Assembly: GCA_963746845.1 (NCBI GenBank)
Contig: CAVVCZ010000006.1
Location: 128,001-192,000 of the forward strand
From: an uncultured Chloroflexia bacterium
Lineage (GTDB): Bacteria > Chloroflexota > Limnocylindria > Limnocylindrales > CSP1-4
DNA length: 64,000 nt
Reading direction: 5' to 3'
The notes below the pieces were generated by a model. The model was not told the origin of the DNA, made no database searches, and saw only the letters and a program-made list of their open reading frames with translations. The position numbers and the translations under genes are program-made. Below, one piece after another: positions 1-9,078 of the stretch (position 1 is its first letter; every line of letters begins with the position of its first letter).

Positions 1-1105
1 GATCCGGCCGACGGACGGTGAGGAGGATCCGGGCGGCCCGGTCCGGGTCGTCGATGCCGGCGGGGCGACGATCGTGCCCGGGATGGTCGACGCGCACAGC
101 CACCTGACCCTCCCGGGTGGGTCGCACTGGATCGACCGGATCGAGGACACCCCGGAACGGCTCGTCGAGACGGCCGCTCGCAACGCTGCGCTGCTGACGT
201 CCGCCGGCGTCCGGTGGGCACGCGACGTCGGCGCGCCGCCGGGCGTCGATCCGGTCGACGGGCGGCAGCGGGCGCTGAGCCTCGGCGTCCGCGACCGGGC
301 GCGCGGTCGCGCGGGCTGGCCGCACATCGTCGCGGCCGGGACGTGGATCGGCGGGCCCGGCTCGCTCGGCGAGTTCGGTGTGGAGGTCGCCGGAGGCGAC
401 GAGCTCGTGGCAGCCGGCCTGGCCCAGCTCGACGACGGCGCGGACTTCATCAAGCTCTATCTCGACGGCGAGGACCGGAGGGTCTGCCCGTGGTCGATCG
501 ACGAGATCGCCCGGGTCGTGGCGGCCGTCCATGCTCGGGGCGGGCGGGTCACGGCACACTCGACAGCGCTCGCCGGGGCGCGCGCAGGGGTGGCGGGCGG
601 GGTCGACGCCATCGAGCACGGCGACGAGCTGGACGCCGACGTGGCGGCCGAGATGGCGCGGCGCGGGACGTTCCTCGTGTCGACCCTCGCGGTGTACCGG
701 TCGTGGGCGACGTTCGGAACGACGACGCGCATCGAGGGGTTCACCGCCCAGGACCGGCGGGCCGCGCTCACGCCGCGCCGCGAGAAGGCGGAGGCATCGA
801 CCCTGCTCGCCCACCAGGCCGGCGTCCGGATCGCGACCGGGACCGACTTCGGGGGCGGCTCGCTCCGGGCGAACCAGCTCGCGTGGGAGGTCGAGGCGCT
901 GGTCGGTGCGGGCCTGACGCCGTGGGAGGCTCTCGGCGCCGCGACCTGGCGCGGCGGGGAGCTGCTCGGCGAGACGGATGCGGGTGCGCTCCGGGAGGGC
1001 GGACCGGCCGATTTCATCCTCGTCCACGGCGATCCCCTGTCGGATCCGGCCTCGCTCTGGCGCGTCTGGCGAGTCTCGTGGGCGCCGGACCCCGTCGTCG
1101 TCTAG
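1..1105 (+). CDS. Metal-dependent amidohydrolase (5'-truncated by window edge)
   Basis: DAGGATIVPGMVDAHSHL (HxH), FIKLY, VTAH, IEHG and GTDFGG motifs; the frame is open upstream of position 74. Confidence 0.9.
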   Translation, partial: IRPTDGEEDPGGPVRVVDAGGATIVPGMVDAHSHLTLPGGSHWIDRIEDTPERLVETAARNAALLTSAGVRWARDVGAPPGVDPVDGRQRALSLGVRDRARGRAGWPHIVAAGTWIGGPGSLGEFGVEVAGGDELVAAGLAQLDDGADFIKLYLDGEDRRVCPWSIDEIARVVAAVHARGGRVTAHSTALAGARAGVAGGVDAIEHGDELDADVAAEMARRGTFLVSTLAVYRSWATFGTTTRIEGFTAQDRRAALTPRREKAEASTLLAHQAGVRIATGTDFGGGSLRANQLAWEVEALVGAGLTPWEALGAATWRGGELLGETDAGALREGGPADFILVHGDPLSDPASLWRVWRVSWAPDPVVV

Positions 1106-1119
1106 GAAACGGAGGTTCG

Positions 1120-1503
1120 ATGGCTACCCGGATCCGCCCCGAGGAACGGTCGACCTCGAGCGGCCAGAACGCCGACATGGAGCGCTCGATCGCGATCAGC
1201 GCCGAGCGGGTGGGCTCCGTCGGGCTGTACTCGTCCGTCGTCACGACCGCCCCGGGCGCGCGGACGCGGGTCCACCATCACGGCGAGTGCGAGACGTCGA
1301 TCTGGATCGCGTCCGGGGCCGCGCGGTACACGTTCGGGCCGACGGGCCTGGAGGAGACGTTCGACGCCGGCCCAGGCGACTTCGTGTACATCCCCGCCGG
1401 GGAGATCCACGTCGAGGAGAACGCGTCGGACACGGAGCCGCTCGTCGTGGTGATCACCCGGAACTGCCCGGGCTCGGTCGTCCACTACCTCGACGAGGGA
1501 TGA
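1120..1503 (+). CDS. Cupin-domain protein
   Basis: GGAGG RBS before ATG 1120; cupin motifs HHHGECET and GDFVYIPAGEIHVEEN; ATGA overlap with the next gene. Confidence 0.9.
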   Translation: MATRIRPEERSTSSGQNADMERSIAISAERVGSVGLYSSVVTTAPGARTRVHHHGECETSIWIASGAARYTFGPTGLEETFDAGPGDFVYIPAGEIHVEENASDTEPLVVVITRNCPGSVVHYLDEG

Positions 1504-2651
1504 GCCCGGGCTGGCGCGACCGGCCGGTCGCCGACCTCCTCGAGGAGCTCGGGCTGACGGGTCTGCCCGAGCATGAGTTCCCGACGGACGGCTGGTCGGG
1601 GGCGGCGTTCTCGATGATCGAGCGCCCGGGTGACGCGAGCCGTCCGCCCGAGCGCTTCGTCCTGAAGCGGACGTCCGCGTCGATCGACTGGATCGCCGCC
1701 GCGACGAACGACGGCTCGCTGCGGGAGGCCTGCCTGGCGTCCTCGGATCGGCGTCGCGCCGATGGGTTGCTCGGACGGACGCTCCCGTATCTCGGGGCCG
1801 CTGCCGACCCGGATGGATCGGCCGTCATCGTCATGCCGGACCTGTCGTTGGAGCTCCTCGCCTGGGAGCGACCGGCACACGATCGTGGCGACATCGACAT
1901 CGCGGTGGTCGACCGGACGCTCGATCGGCTGGCGTCGCTGCACGCGAATCCGTGGCCGTATCTCGTCGATCCCGCCGCATTCGAGACGCCGGATCGCCCG
2001 TCGTTCCCGTGGTGCCCGCTACCGGAGCGGCTGACGCTGACCGCGCGGCCGACCTGCCTCCGGCACATCGAGCGTGGGATCCCGGCGGGCGTGGAGTCCG
2101 CGGGCAAGCTGCTGGCCGGCTGGGATGCGTTCGATCGCGTCGCGCCGCCAGCGGCCCGCGACCTGATCGCGTCACTCGGGGCCGACCCGGGTCCCCTGGT
2201 CGACGCGCTCGCCCGACTGCCGGCCGTCGGGCTCCACGGGGACCTGAAGCTCGCGAACGTCGCGATCGGTCCGGGAGCGGACGAGGTCCGGTTCATCGAC
2301 TGGCAGATGACGATCCAGTCACCGATCGCCGTCGAGCTCGGCTGGTTCCTGGTCACGAACAGCGCGTCCCTGCCCGAGCCGCCGGTGGCGATCCTCGAGC
2401 GGTACCGGACGTCGCTGACCTGGTTCCTCGGGCGGATCGGCTACGGCGACCGGCGGTACGACCACGACACCGTCGTCGGCGACTGGGACGCCCAGGTCGA
2501 TCTGGCACGGATCATCGGACTGTTGCTACGGGGCTGGCGCAAGGGCCTCGATGCGGAGAGCGGGGCGACGCTCGGCTCGGGAGTCAGCGGGGTGGACGAC
2601 CTTGCCGAATGGTGCTCAACGGCGGTCGAGGCGGCGGCGCGCCGACTCTGA
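1500..2651 (+). CDS. APH/choline-kinase-like phosphotransferase
   Basis: FVLKR, HGDLKLAN (Brenner motif) and FIDWQ; ATG overlaps the cupin stop. Confidence 0.85.
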   Translation: MSPGWRDRPVADLLEELGLTGLPEHEFPTDGWSGAAFSMIERPGDASRPPERFVLKRTSASIDWIAAATNDGSLREACLASSDRRRADGLLGRTLPYLGAAADPDGSAVIVMPDLSLELLAWERPAHDRGDIDIAVVDRTLDRLASLHANPWPYLVDPAAFETPDRPSFPWCPLPERLTLTARPTCLRHIERGIPAGVESAGKLLAGWDAFDRVAPPAARDLIASLGADPGPLVDALARLPAVGLHGDLKLANVAIGPGADEVRFIDWQMTIQSPIAVELGWFLVTNSASLPEPPVAILERYRTSLTWFLGRIGYGDRRYDHDTVVGDWDAQVDLARIIGLLLRGWRKGLDAESGATLGSGVSGVDDLAEWCSTAVEAAARRL

Positions 2652-2692
2652 CGGTTCTGGCCTGCCGGGTCGACGCCCGACATGTCGGCGGA

Positions 2693-3496
2693 TCAGCTCG
2701 GGGCGGCGAGGTCCCGGCGCGGGAAGACGACCAGCGCCCAGCCGATCGCGATCGCCGCGACCACGGCGAGGAGGGCGAACCCGGCCACGTTCACGGTGCC
2801 GGCGAGGACGTCGGCGGCCGCCAGGTAGTGGAACAGCGAGTACCGCTGGAGCCCGGCCGCATCCGGCCACAGCGAGCCGAGGATCTGGATGAAGTACGAC
2901 ACGACGACGATCGCGACCGTGGCGCCGACCGCGGGCGTCAACCGGTCGAACGAGACCGACGCCGCCAGCCCGATCGCTCCGATCGCTCCCCAGAGCAGGA
3001 GGCCGTTCAGCCAGAGGAGCGGCAGACGGTCGATCGTCAGCTCGTCGAGCACGCCCGCGAGCGCCGAGCCGATCATCGTGCCCACGATCGACGCGGCCAG
3101 GATGATCGCTAGGAACAGGAGCAGCGAGACGAGCAGGGTCGTGTAGAGCACCCGGCGCGAGACCGGTCGGGCGAGCACGACCTCCAGCGTCCCCCGCTGC
3201 CGCTCTCCGGCCACGGCCGTCGTGGAGAACCCGACCGCGAAGATCGCGACGAGGACGATCGCGATCGGGTGGATGTAGCCGAGCGCGATCGACCCGCCGA
3301 GCGAGAACGGGTCGCCGCCGCCGAAGTTCATCAGCTGCCGCGGGATGATCCCCGAGTCGACGATCTGCTTGACCTGCTGACCGAACGACCCGTAGATGAT
3401 CGGCAGGAACACGCTCCAGACCGCGATGGCGATCGCGACGATCAGCAGCTTCGTCCGTTGCGACCGGAGGACGTGTCGGAACAGGGCGACATTCAT
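2693..3496 (-). CDS. ABC-2 type exporter permease
   Basis: Multiple TM segments, AGERQRGTLEVVLARPVSR motif, C-terminal RRDL; coupled to the ATPase gene. Confidence 0.9.
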   Translation of the reverse strand: MNVALFRHVLRSQRTKLLIVAIAIAVWSVFLPIIYGSFGQQVKQIVDSGIIPRQLMNFGGGDPFSLGGSIALGYIHPIAIVLVAIFAVGFSTTAVAGERQRGTLEVVLARPVSRRVLYTTLLVSLLLFLAIILAASIVGTMIGSALAGVLDELTIDRLPLLWLNGLLLWGAIGAIGLAASVSFDRLTPAVGATVAIVVVSYFIQILGSLWPDAAGLQRYSLFHYLAAADVLAGTVNVAGFALLAVVAAIAIGWALVVFPRRDLAAPS

Positions 3497-4476
3497 GCGA
3501 CCGACTCCGCCGGCTCGGCGAGGGACGGGTCGTCGTCCGGCTCGACGTCCTCGTACAGCTCGAGGAACGCCTCCTCGAGATGCGCCGGCTCGATCGTCAG
3601 GTCCGTGATCGGGAACCCGGCGATCGCTGCGAGGAACGGCCCGACATCACCCTCGAGCTGGCACGTCACCCGGCCGTCGGCCGCGCGGCCGACCGCGCTG
3701 ACGCCGGCGACGCCGGCCAGGGTCGGGACCGCGTCGCCCGTGATCCGCATCTCCACGTTCCGCTTCCGGTGCTCGAGCAGGCTCCCGACGTCCTGGAGCG
3801 CGACGAGCCGGCCGCGCCGGACGATCGCGACCCGATCGCACACTCGCTCGACCTCGGACAGGATGTGGGACGAGAAGAAGATCGTCCGGCCGGCCGCCCG
3901 CAGCTCGTCGAGGATGTCGTAGAAGGCCCGCTGCATGAGCGGGTCGAGGCCCTCGGTCGGCTCGTCGAGGATCGCGAGCTCCGGGTCGTGCTGGAGCGCC
4001 TGGATGATCCCCATCTTCTGGCGCATCCCGCGCGAGTAGTCGCGGACCGGTCGCGCGAGCGTCCGCGCCGACATCTCGAGCCGGTCGAGGAGCTCGGTCC
4101 GGCGCGTCGGCTGCCGGCCGGTCAGGTGCCCGAGGTAGTCGAGCAGCCGCTCGCCGGTCAGCGAGTCGTACAGGGCGATGCCGCCCGGCAGATAGCCCAC
4201 GCGTCGGCGGATCTCGACGCTGTCATGGACGATGTCCCGGCCGAGGACCGTCGCGCCCCCGGCGCTCGGATGGAGATAGCCGAGCAGCAGCCGGATCGTC
4301 GTGGACTTGCCGGCCCCGTTCGGGCCGAGGAACCCGAAGATCTCGCCCTCGCGCACGGCGATCGAGAGGTCGTCCAGGGCGAGGATCTCCCCGGTCGACC
4401 GGTGGCCGGGTCGGTGGATCGGCGGCTCGCGGTGGCCGTAGCGCTTCGTCAGGGCCGTCGTCGTCAGCGCGTCCAT
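3493..4476 (-). CDS. ABC transporter ATP-binding protein
   Basis: GPNGAGKST, YSRGM signature, ILDEPT, H-loop SSH. Confidence 0.95.
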   Translation of the reverse strand: MDALTTTALTKRYGHREPPIHRPGHRSTGEILALDDLSIAVREGEIFGFLGPNGAGKSTTIRLLLGYLHPSAGGATVLGRDIVHDSVEIRRRVGYLPGGIALYDSLTGERLLDYLGHLTGRQPTRRTELLDRLEMSARTLARPVRDYSRGMRQKMGIIQALQHDPELAILDEPTEGLDPLMQRAFYDILDELRAAGRTIFFSSHILSEVERVCDRVAIVRRGRLVALQDVGSLLEHRKRNVEMRITGDAVPTLAGVAGVSAVGRAADGRVTCQLEGDVGPFLAAIAGFPITDLTIEPAHLEEAFLELYEDVEPDDDPSLAEPAESVA

Positions 4477-4555
4477 CCGGGCCGAAGGCTACACGAACCG
4501 GGTCGTCGCGACCCGTAGACTCGGAGACGAGCAACCCACGATCAGGAGGCACCCT

Positions 4556-4933
4556 ATGCCGAAGACCATCCCATCGCTCCCAGGGCCCCCGAGCGAGCTG
4601 CCCTTCTCGAAGGTCGTTGAGGCCAACGGCTTCGTGTTCCTGGCCGGCCAGGTCGGCGACATGCCGGACACCCGTGGCGTGGTCCCGGGTGGGATCGAGC
4701 CAGAGACGCGAGCCACGCTCGACAACATCGGCCGCTTGCTCCGGGCGGTCGGGCTCGACTACGCCGACGTCGTGAAGTGCACGGTCTATCTGACCGACTT
4801 CGACGACTTCGTCCCGATGAACGCGGTGTACCGCGAGTACTTCCCGAAGGACATGCCGACCCGTGCGACGGTCGTGGTCACCCGCCTCGCGCTCGGCGCG
4901 CGGGTCGAGATCGAGGCGATGGCCGCGCGATAG
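4556..4933 (+). CDS. RidA/YjgF family enamine/imine deaminase
   Basis: FLAGQVG, VVKCTVYL, MNAVY..YF...PTRATV, VEIEAMA; AGGAGG RBS. Confidence 0.93.
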   Translation: MPKTIPSLPGPPSELPFSKVVEANGFVFLAGQVGDMPDTRGVVPGGIEPETRATLDNIGRLLRAVGLDYADVVKCTVYLTDFDDFVPMNAVYREYFPKDMPTRATVVVTRLALGARVEIEAMAAR

Positions 4934-4947
4934 GCCCGGACAGCGCA

Positions 4948-4979
4948 ACGCCCGCCCCGGCACTCGCCGGGGCGGGCGT
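4948..4979. terminator. Perfect 14-bp GC hairpin between convergent genes (probable bidirectional terminator)
   Basis: ACGCCCGCCCCGGC-actc-GCCGGGGCGGGCGT; no U-tract. Confidence 0.65.
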
Positions 4980-4999
4980 CGACACGCCTGGGGGCGAGG

Positions 5000-5866
5000 T
5001 CAGGTCCCGACGATCAGCTCGTCGATCGCGACGGGCCGGCCCGTGCTCGAGACCGAGATCCGGATCGTGTGCTGGCCGCCGGCCGGGAAGGCCTTCGAGA
5101 ACAGCAGGGTCCGGGCATGGAAGGTCGACTTCTTGAGGTTGATCGCGGCCACGAACTTCCCGTCGATGTAGACACGTGCGGTGCCGCGGGTCGGGCCGAC
5201 TGGTCCGATCCAGGCAATCCCCGCTCCGGTGAAGGTCAGCGTCGCCGACGCCCCGACCTTCGTCGCGTACTTGACCTGGCGACCGGAGTACGCCGAGTAG
5301 CGCGCGGTCGCCCAGCCGCCCCGGTAGACGATGGCCGCCGCCGTCTCGCCGAGACGGGTGTCCTTCGCGTCCAGCCATCGGATCGACCGCGCGGCCGCCG
5401 AGGCGCTGCGGATGCCGGGCCCGGCCTTCATCACCGCCATGACCCGGTTCACGTAGGTCCGGGAGAAGGATGACCAGAGGGATGAGTTGCGCTCCCCGGA
5501 TCCGGTCAGCCACCAGTGGGCGACGGCCGGCCACGAGTCGAGCCAGACGTACAGCGCCGTGACCTTGCGGTGGGCCACGATCTCCTGGTTCGCCGGGGTC
5601 TGCGGGGCGGTCGAGCTGCCGAGGTAGGACTTCGCCCAGGCGGCCCAGTTGCTCGGGATGATCTGGTACTTCCCGTAGGCGCCGCTCGTCGGGTTGCGGG
5701 CGTCATACCGTCCGCCGGTCTCGACCTGACCGAGTGCGTCGAGGAAATTCTCGAGTCCTGCCGGCGGGGTGGCGGTGTTGGCCACGGCGGGGACGATCGA
5801 GACGAGCAGGACCGCGGTCAGGAATGCCGCAGGGACCGCACGACGGCGGCCGTTCGCTTCTGGCAA
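5000..5866 (-). CDS. Secreted lytic transglycosylase/lysozyme-like protein with C-terminal beta-sandwich domain
   Basis: Signal peptide; QVETGGRYDARNPTSGAYGKYQ (catalytic Glu, GxYQ); YVNRVM; C-terminal LTFTG...GTARVYIDG...HTIRI module; TTG start after GGAAGGAG. Confidence 0.8.
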   Translation of the reverse strand: MPEANGRRRAVPAAFLTAVLLVSIVPAVANTATPPAGLENFLDALGQVETGGRYDARNPTSGAYGKYQIIPSNWAAWAKSYLGSSTAPQTPANQEIVAHRKVTALYVWLDSWPAVAHWWLTGSGERNSSLWSSFSRTYVNRVMAVMKAGPGIRSASAAARSIRWLDAKDTRLGETAAAIVYRGGWATARYSAYSGRQVKYATKVGASATLTFTGAGIAWIGPVGPTRGTARVYIDGKFVAAINLKKSTFHARTLLFSKAFPAGGQHTIRISVSSTGRPVAIDELIVGT

Positions 5867-5987
5867 TGGTGCTCCTTCCTACCGGGACGGCACGGTGAGC
5901 GTGCCGGCGATGGGATGCGGAAGCGCGGGGGTTCCGACCCAGCATACGGGCCCTGTCCACCCCGGACTGCACCGGACCCCACCTCGC

Positions 5988-6031
5988 GATCACCCGGCGC
6001 TCACATCGCGATCACCCGGCGCTCACCCGGC
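5988..6031. promoter_or_regulatory. Four tandem 11-bp direct-repeat units (putative OmpR/PhoB-family binding site)
   Basis: GATCACCCGGC GCTCACATCGC GATCACCCGGC GCTCACCCGGC. Confidence 0.55.
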
Positions 6032-6040
6032 GCGCGGCAC

Positions 6041-6060
6041 GCCCGGGAGGCGTCCCGGGC
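6041..6060 (-). terminator. Hairpin downstream of alpha/beta hydrolase
   Basis: GCCCGGGA-ggcg-TCCCGGGC, 13 nt after the stop. Confidence 0.45.
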
Positions 6061-6073
6061 TTCGCGTCAGTGG

Positions 6074-6616
6074 TCAGGCATGGGCCAGGAGGAAGGCCGC
6101 GGCGCGGTCGAGGGCGTCGTTCAGGACGGGCTTCAGGGTGTGGCCGAGCCGCGGATAGGTGACCAGCTCCGCGTCCCGGAGGAGGACCACACGGGCGCGC
6201 AGGAGCTCGATCCGGGCGAACGGATCGGCCTCGCCGGAGAGCAGCAGGACCGGGCACGAGATCGACGGGAAGTGACTGGATCGTGTCTCGGCCTTCTCCG
6301 GATGCCCGGGCGGATGGAGCGGGTAGCTGAACAGGACGAGCGCCGCGTAGGACGTGTCGGGCAGGGCAGCGGCCAGACTCGCGACCCGGCCGCCGTACGA
6401 CTGGCCGCCCACGGCGATCGCGTCACCGTGCGCGTCCGGGGCCGTCGGACCGTCCGGGACGATCGCACGGAACGCCGGGACGGCGTCCTCGGCGAGCCTC
6501 ACCGGCAGGTCGATCGCCCGCGCGTCGACGCCACGGGCGACGAGCCCCAGGACGTGCCCGGCCATGCTGACCGCCGACCCGCTGGCACCGTGACCCACGT
6601 AGAATCGGAGCGTCAT
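6074..6616 (-). CDS. Alpha/beta hydrolase (KANL3/Tex30-like)
   Basis: HGASG, GGQSYGGR nucleophile elbow, SYPLHPPG, GEADPF, GH; leaderless start (TACCCT 6 nt before ATG 6616). Confidence 0.88.
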   Translation of the reverse strand: MTLRFYVGHGASGSAVSMAGHVLGLVARGVDARAIDLPVRLAEDAVPAFRAIVPDGPTAPDAHGDAIAVGGQSYGGRVASLAAALPDTSYAALVLFSYPLHPPGHPEKAETRSSHFPSISCPVLLLSGEADPFARIELLRARVVLLRDAELVTYPRLGHTLKPVLNDALDRAAAFLLAHA

Positions 6617-6753
6617 CGCGACAGGGTACGCGGCGGTCCCGTGCGCGGGCTCGCCTGACCCGATCGGATCGGCCGGCTGACCCCGTCGACCCATGGCCCG
6701 GTGCCTCCCCGCACCGGCAAGGTGGACCGGCTCGCAGAGGAACCTCGCTTCCG

Positions 6754-8166
6754 ATGGTGTCGTCCCGCGTCACCCAGCCCGGCCGCGGCTCCCGGCCGGC
6801 ACGCGCAGCCGGTTCGTCCGGCGCGGCCGCCAGGGTCGCGGCCGTCGTCGTCGTTGCGATCGTCGCGCTCGGGCTCCTCCCGGTGGCCGTCGCCGGTGCC
6901 GACCGCTGGCCGTCGCCGCCCGCACCGCCGATTGGCGTGGTCCGCCCGCCCCGACCCGAGATCACGCCCCAACCTCCGCCGCCTTCGACCACGATCACGT
7001 TCTTCGGCCGCGGCTACGGCCACGGGGTCGGGATGTCCCAGTACGGAGCGCGGGGCCGCGCGCTCGACGGCCAGCTCGCGCCCGCGATCCTCGCCCACTA
7101 CTACCCGAAGACGACGCTGGGCCAGCGGGACCCGGCGACGATCGTCCGCGTGCTGGTGCTGACCGGGTTCGCGGCCACACCCGCCAAACCGGCAACGATC
7201 ACCGGCCGCGGCGGCCCGTGGACGATCGACGGGATCGCGACGACGTTCCCGGCCGACGCGCGGCTCACCCTCGCCCCGACCGCCGTCGGCGCGTCGACGT
7301 GGACGCTCACGGTGCTGTCGTCGACCTCGAGCCTCCTCGCCACCGCGACCGTGAAGACCGCGGTCATCGTCCGCCCGGCGGCCCCGGTGAGCCTGCTCGA
7401 GCTGACCTCGACGGCGTCGACCGCGAACCTGTACCGCGGCTACCTCCGGGTCCGCCTGACGACCACGGCGATGGTCATCGACCACGTCGCGCTCGACCAG
7501 TACCTGCGTGGCGTCGTCCCCGCGGAGATGCCGTCGCGCTGGCCGGTCGAGGCGCTGAAGGCGCAGGCGATCGCCGCGCGCTCCTACGCCCTGTATCGGA
7601 GCCACCCGACCACCGGGACGTACGACCTGACCGACGACACGCGTTCGCAGGTCTACCGGGGCCGGCGGGCCGAGACGGCGGCGACGGACGCCGCGATCAG
7701 CGCGACCGCGGGGACCGTCGTCCTCAGCGGGTCGAGCCCGGCCAACGCGATGTACCACTCGGCGGACGGCGGCTGGACGGAGAACAACGAGAACGTCTTC
7801 GTCAGCTCGACCGGGGCGGTCGTTGCGGGCGCGGTGGCCTACCTGCGCGGGTCGAGCGATCGCAGGCCGGACGGGACCTCGTACGACGCCGCCTCGCCGT
7901 ATGCGACGTGGAAGACCGCGACGTACACGAACGCCGCTCTGTCGGCGATCCTCGCAAAGGATCCGCGGACGAACGTCGGGACCGTGACGGCCCTCGACCT
8001 GTCGCAGCGCGGCGTCTCCGGCCGCCTGATCCGGGTCGTGCTGACGGGGAGCCTCGGGTCCAAGACCGTGTCCGGCGACGTCTTCGTCGCGGCGTTCAAC
8101 GCGGGACGGCCGCCGTCCGATCCGAGGCTGCGCGGCACCCTCTTCGCGACCGCGCCGGTCCCCTGA
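6754..8166 (+). CDS. SpoIID/LytB-domain peptidoglycan lytic transglycosylase
   Basis: GRGYGHGVGMSQYGA, YLRGVVPAEMP, EALKAQAIAARSYA, SQVYRG; N-terminal signal; start uncertain. Confidence 0.9.
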   Translation: MVSSRVTQPGRGSRPARAAGSSGAAARVAAVVVVAIVALGLLPVAVAGADRWPSPPAPPIGVVRPPRPEITPQPPPPSTTITFFGRGYGHGVGMSQYGARGRALDGQLAPAILAHYYPKTTLGQRDPATIVRVLVLTGFAATPAKPATITGRGGPWTIDGIATTFPADARLTLAPTAVGASTWTLTVLSSTSSLLATATVKTAVIVRPAAPVSLLELTSTASTANLYRGYLRVRLTTTAMVIDHVALDQYLRGVVPAEMPSRWPVEALKAQAIAARSYALYRSHPTTGTYDLTDDTRSQVYRGRRAETAATDAAISATAGTVVLSGSSPANAMYHSADGGWTENNENVFVSSTGAVVAGAVAYLRGSSDRRPDGTSYDAASPYATWKTATYTNAALSAILAKDPRTNVGTVTALDLSQRGVSGRLIRVVLTGSLGSKTVSGDVFVAAFNAGRPPSDPRLRGTLFATAPVP

Positions 8167-8200
8167 GCGCCGGCGGGCCCGGGCCGGGTATCGTCGGTCC

Positions 8201-8806
8201 GTGACCGACCCCGGCTTCGACCCCGATCTCCCGCGCTGCCGCTGGGCCGGCGCGTCGGGTCCGAACCCGGATCCGCTCATGGTCCGGTATCACGACGAGG
8301 AGTGGGGCACACCCTGCCACGACGACATCGAGCTGTTCGAGCGGCTCGCCCTCGAGTCGTTCCAGGCCGGTCTGTCGTGGTCGACGATCCTCCGCAAGCG
8401 CGAGGGGTTCCGGGCCGCCTTCCGGGGCTTCGATCCCGTCGTCGTCGCGGCCTTCGGGCCGGGCGATGTCGAGCGGCTGATGGCCGACGCCGCCATCGTC
8501 CGGAACCGGGCGAAGATCGACGCGACGATCGGCAATGCCGGGGCCTGGCTCGCGATCGCGGCCGAGCAGGAATCCGGCGATACGTACCTCGCGCGGATGG
8601 TCCCGCCTCCGCCCGGGCGCCTGGGCCGCGACGCCATCGCCGGCGGCATCCCGGATCGGACCCCCGTCAGCGATGCGCTGTCGAAGGACCTCAAGAGGCG
8701 GGGGTTCCGGTTCGTCGGATCGACGATCGTGTATGCGTTCATGCAGAGCGTCGGGCTCGTCGACGACCATGTTCCCGGCTGCTTCCGGTACGTCGATTCG
8801 CCGTGA
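8201..8806 (+). CDS. tag: DNA-3-methyladenine glycosylase I
   Basis: RCRWA, YHDEEWG, LESFQAGLSW, RNRAKI, GFRFVGSTIVYAFMQ..G..DDH...C. Confidence 0.95.
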   Translation: MTDPGFDPDLPRCRWAGASGPNPDPLMVRYHDEEWGTPCHDDIELFERLALESFQAGLSWSTILRKREGFRAAFRGFDPVVVAAFGPGDVERLMADAAIVRNRAKIDATIGNAGAWLAIAAEQESGDTYLARMVPPPPGRLGRDAIAGGIPDRTPVSDALSKDLKRRGFRFVGSTIVYAFMQSVGLVDDHVPGCFRYVDSP

Positions 8807-8821
8807 CACGCTAGGTGTCAC
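8803..8821. promoter_or_regulatory. Perfect palindrome (putative operator) upstream of small Zn-ribbon gene
   Basis: GTGACAC-gctag-GTGTCAC, followed by CAATCT (8832-8837) 7 nt before ATG 8845. Confidence 0.55.
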
Positions 8822-8844
8822 AGCGCAGGCCCAATCTCCTGCCC

Positions 8845-8982
8845 ATGATCACGATCGAATGCGCCTGGTGTGACACGGAGCTGGCCCTCGAGAGCCTGGA
8901 CGCCACGAGCGTCGAGTGCCCGGAGTGCCTCGTCACGGTCGAGCTCGCCCCGGATCCCGAGCCGCTCGCGCTGGCCGCCTGA
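8845..8982 (+). CDS. 45-aa Zn-ribbon microprotein (not in ORF track)
   Basis: Manual translation MITIECAWCDTELALESLDATSVECPECLVTVELAPDPEPLALAA*; two CxxC; high GC3. Confidence 0.75.
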   Translation: MITIECAWCDTELALESLDATSVECPECLVTVELAPDPEPLALAA

Positions 8983-9078
8983 ACTCCACCCGCCCCGCGC
9001 TTCCGGTCGTCCGGGCGCGCGCCCAGTTGCGATACTGGGCCGGGCGGTCGAGGCGCGACCGTGGGAGCGGAGGATGGG

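Noticed and set aside
5867-6070. c-di-AMP (ydaO) riboswitch expected upstream of a cell-wall hydrolase
   Set aside because: The conserved GCTGAATCC and GGAAC..GGGG elements were not found in the proper arrangement
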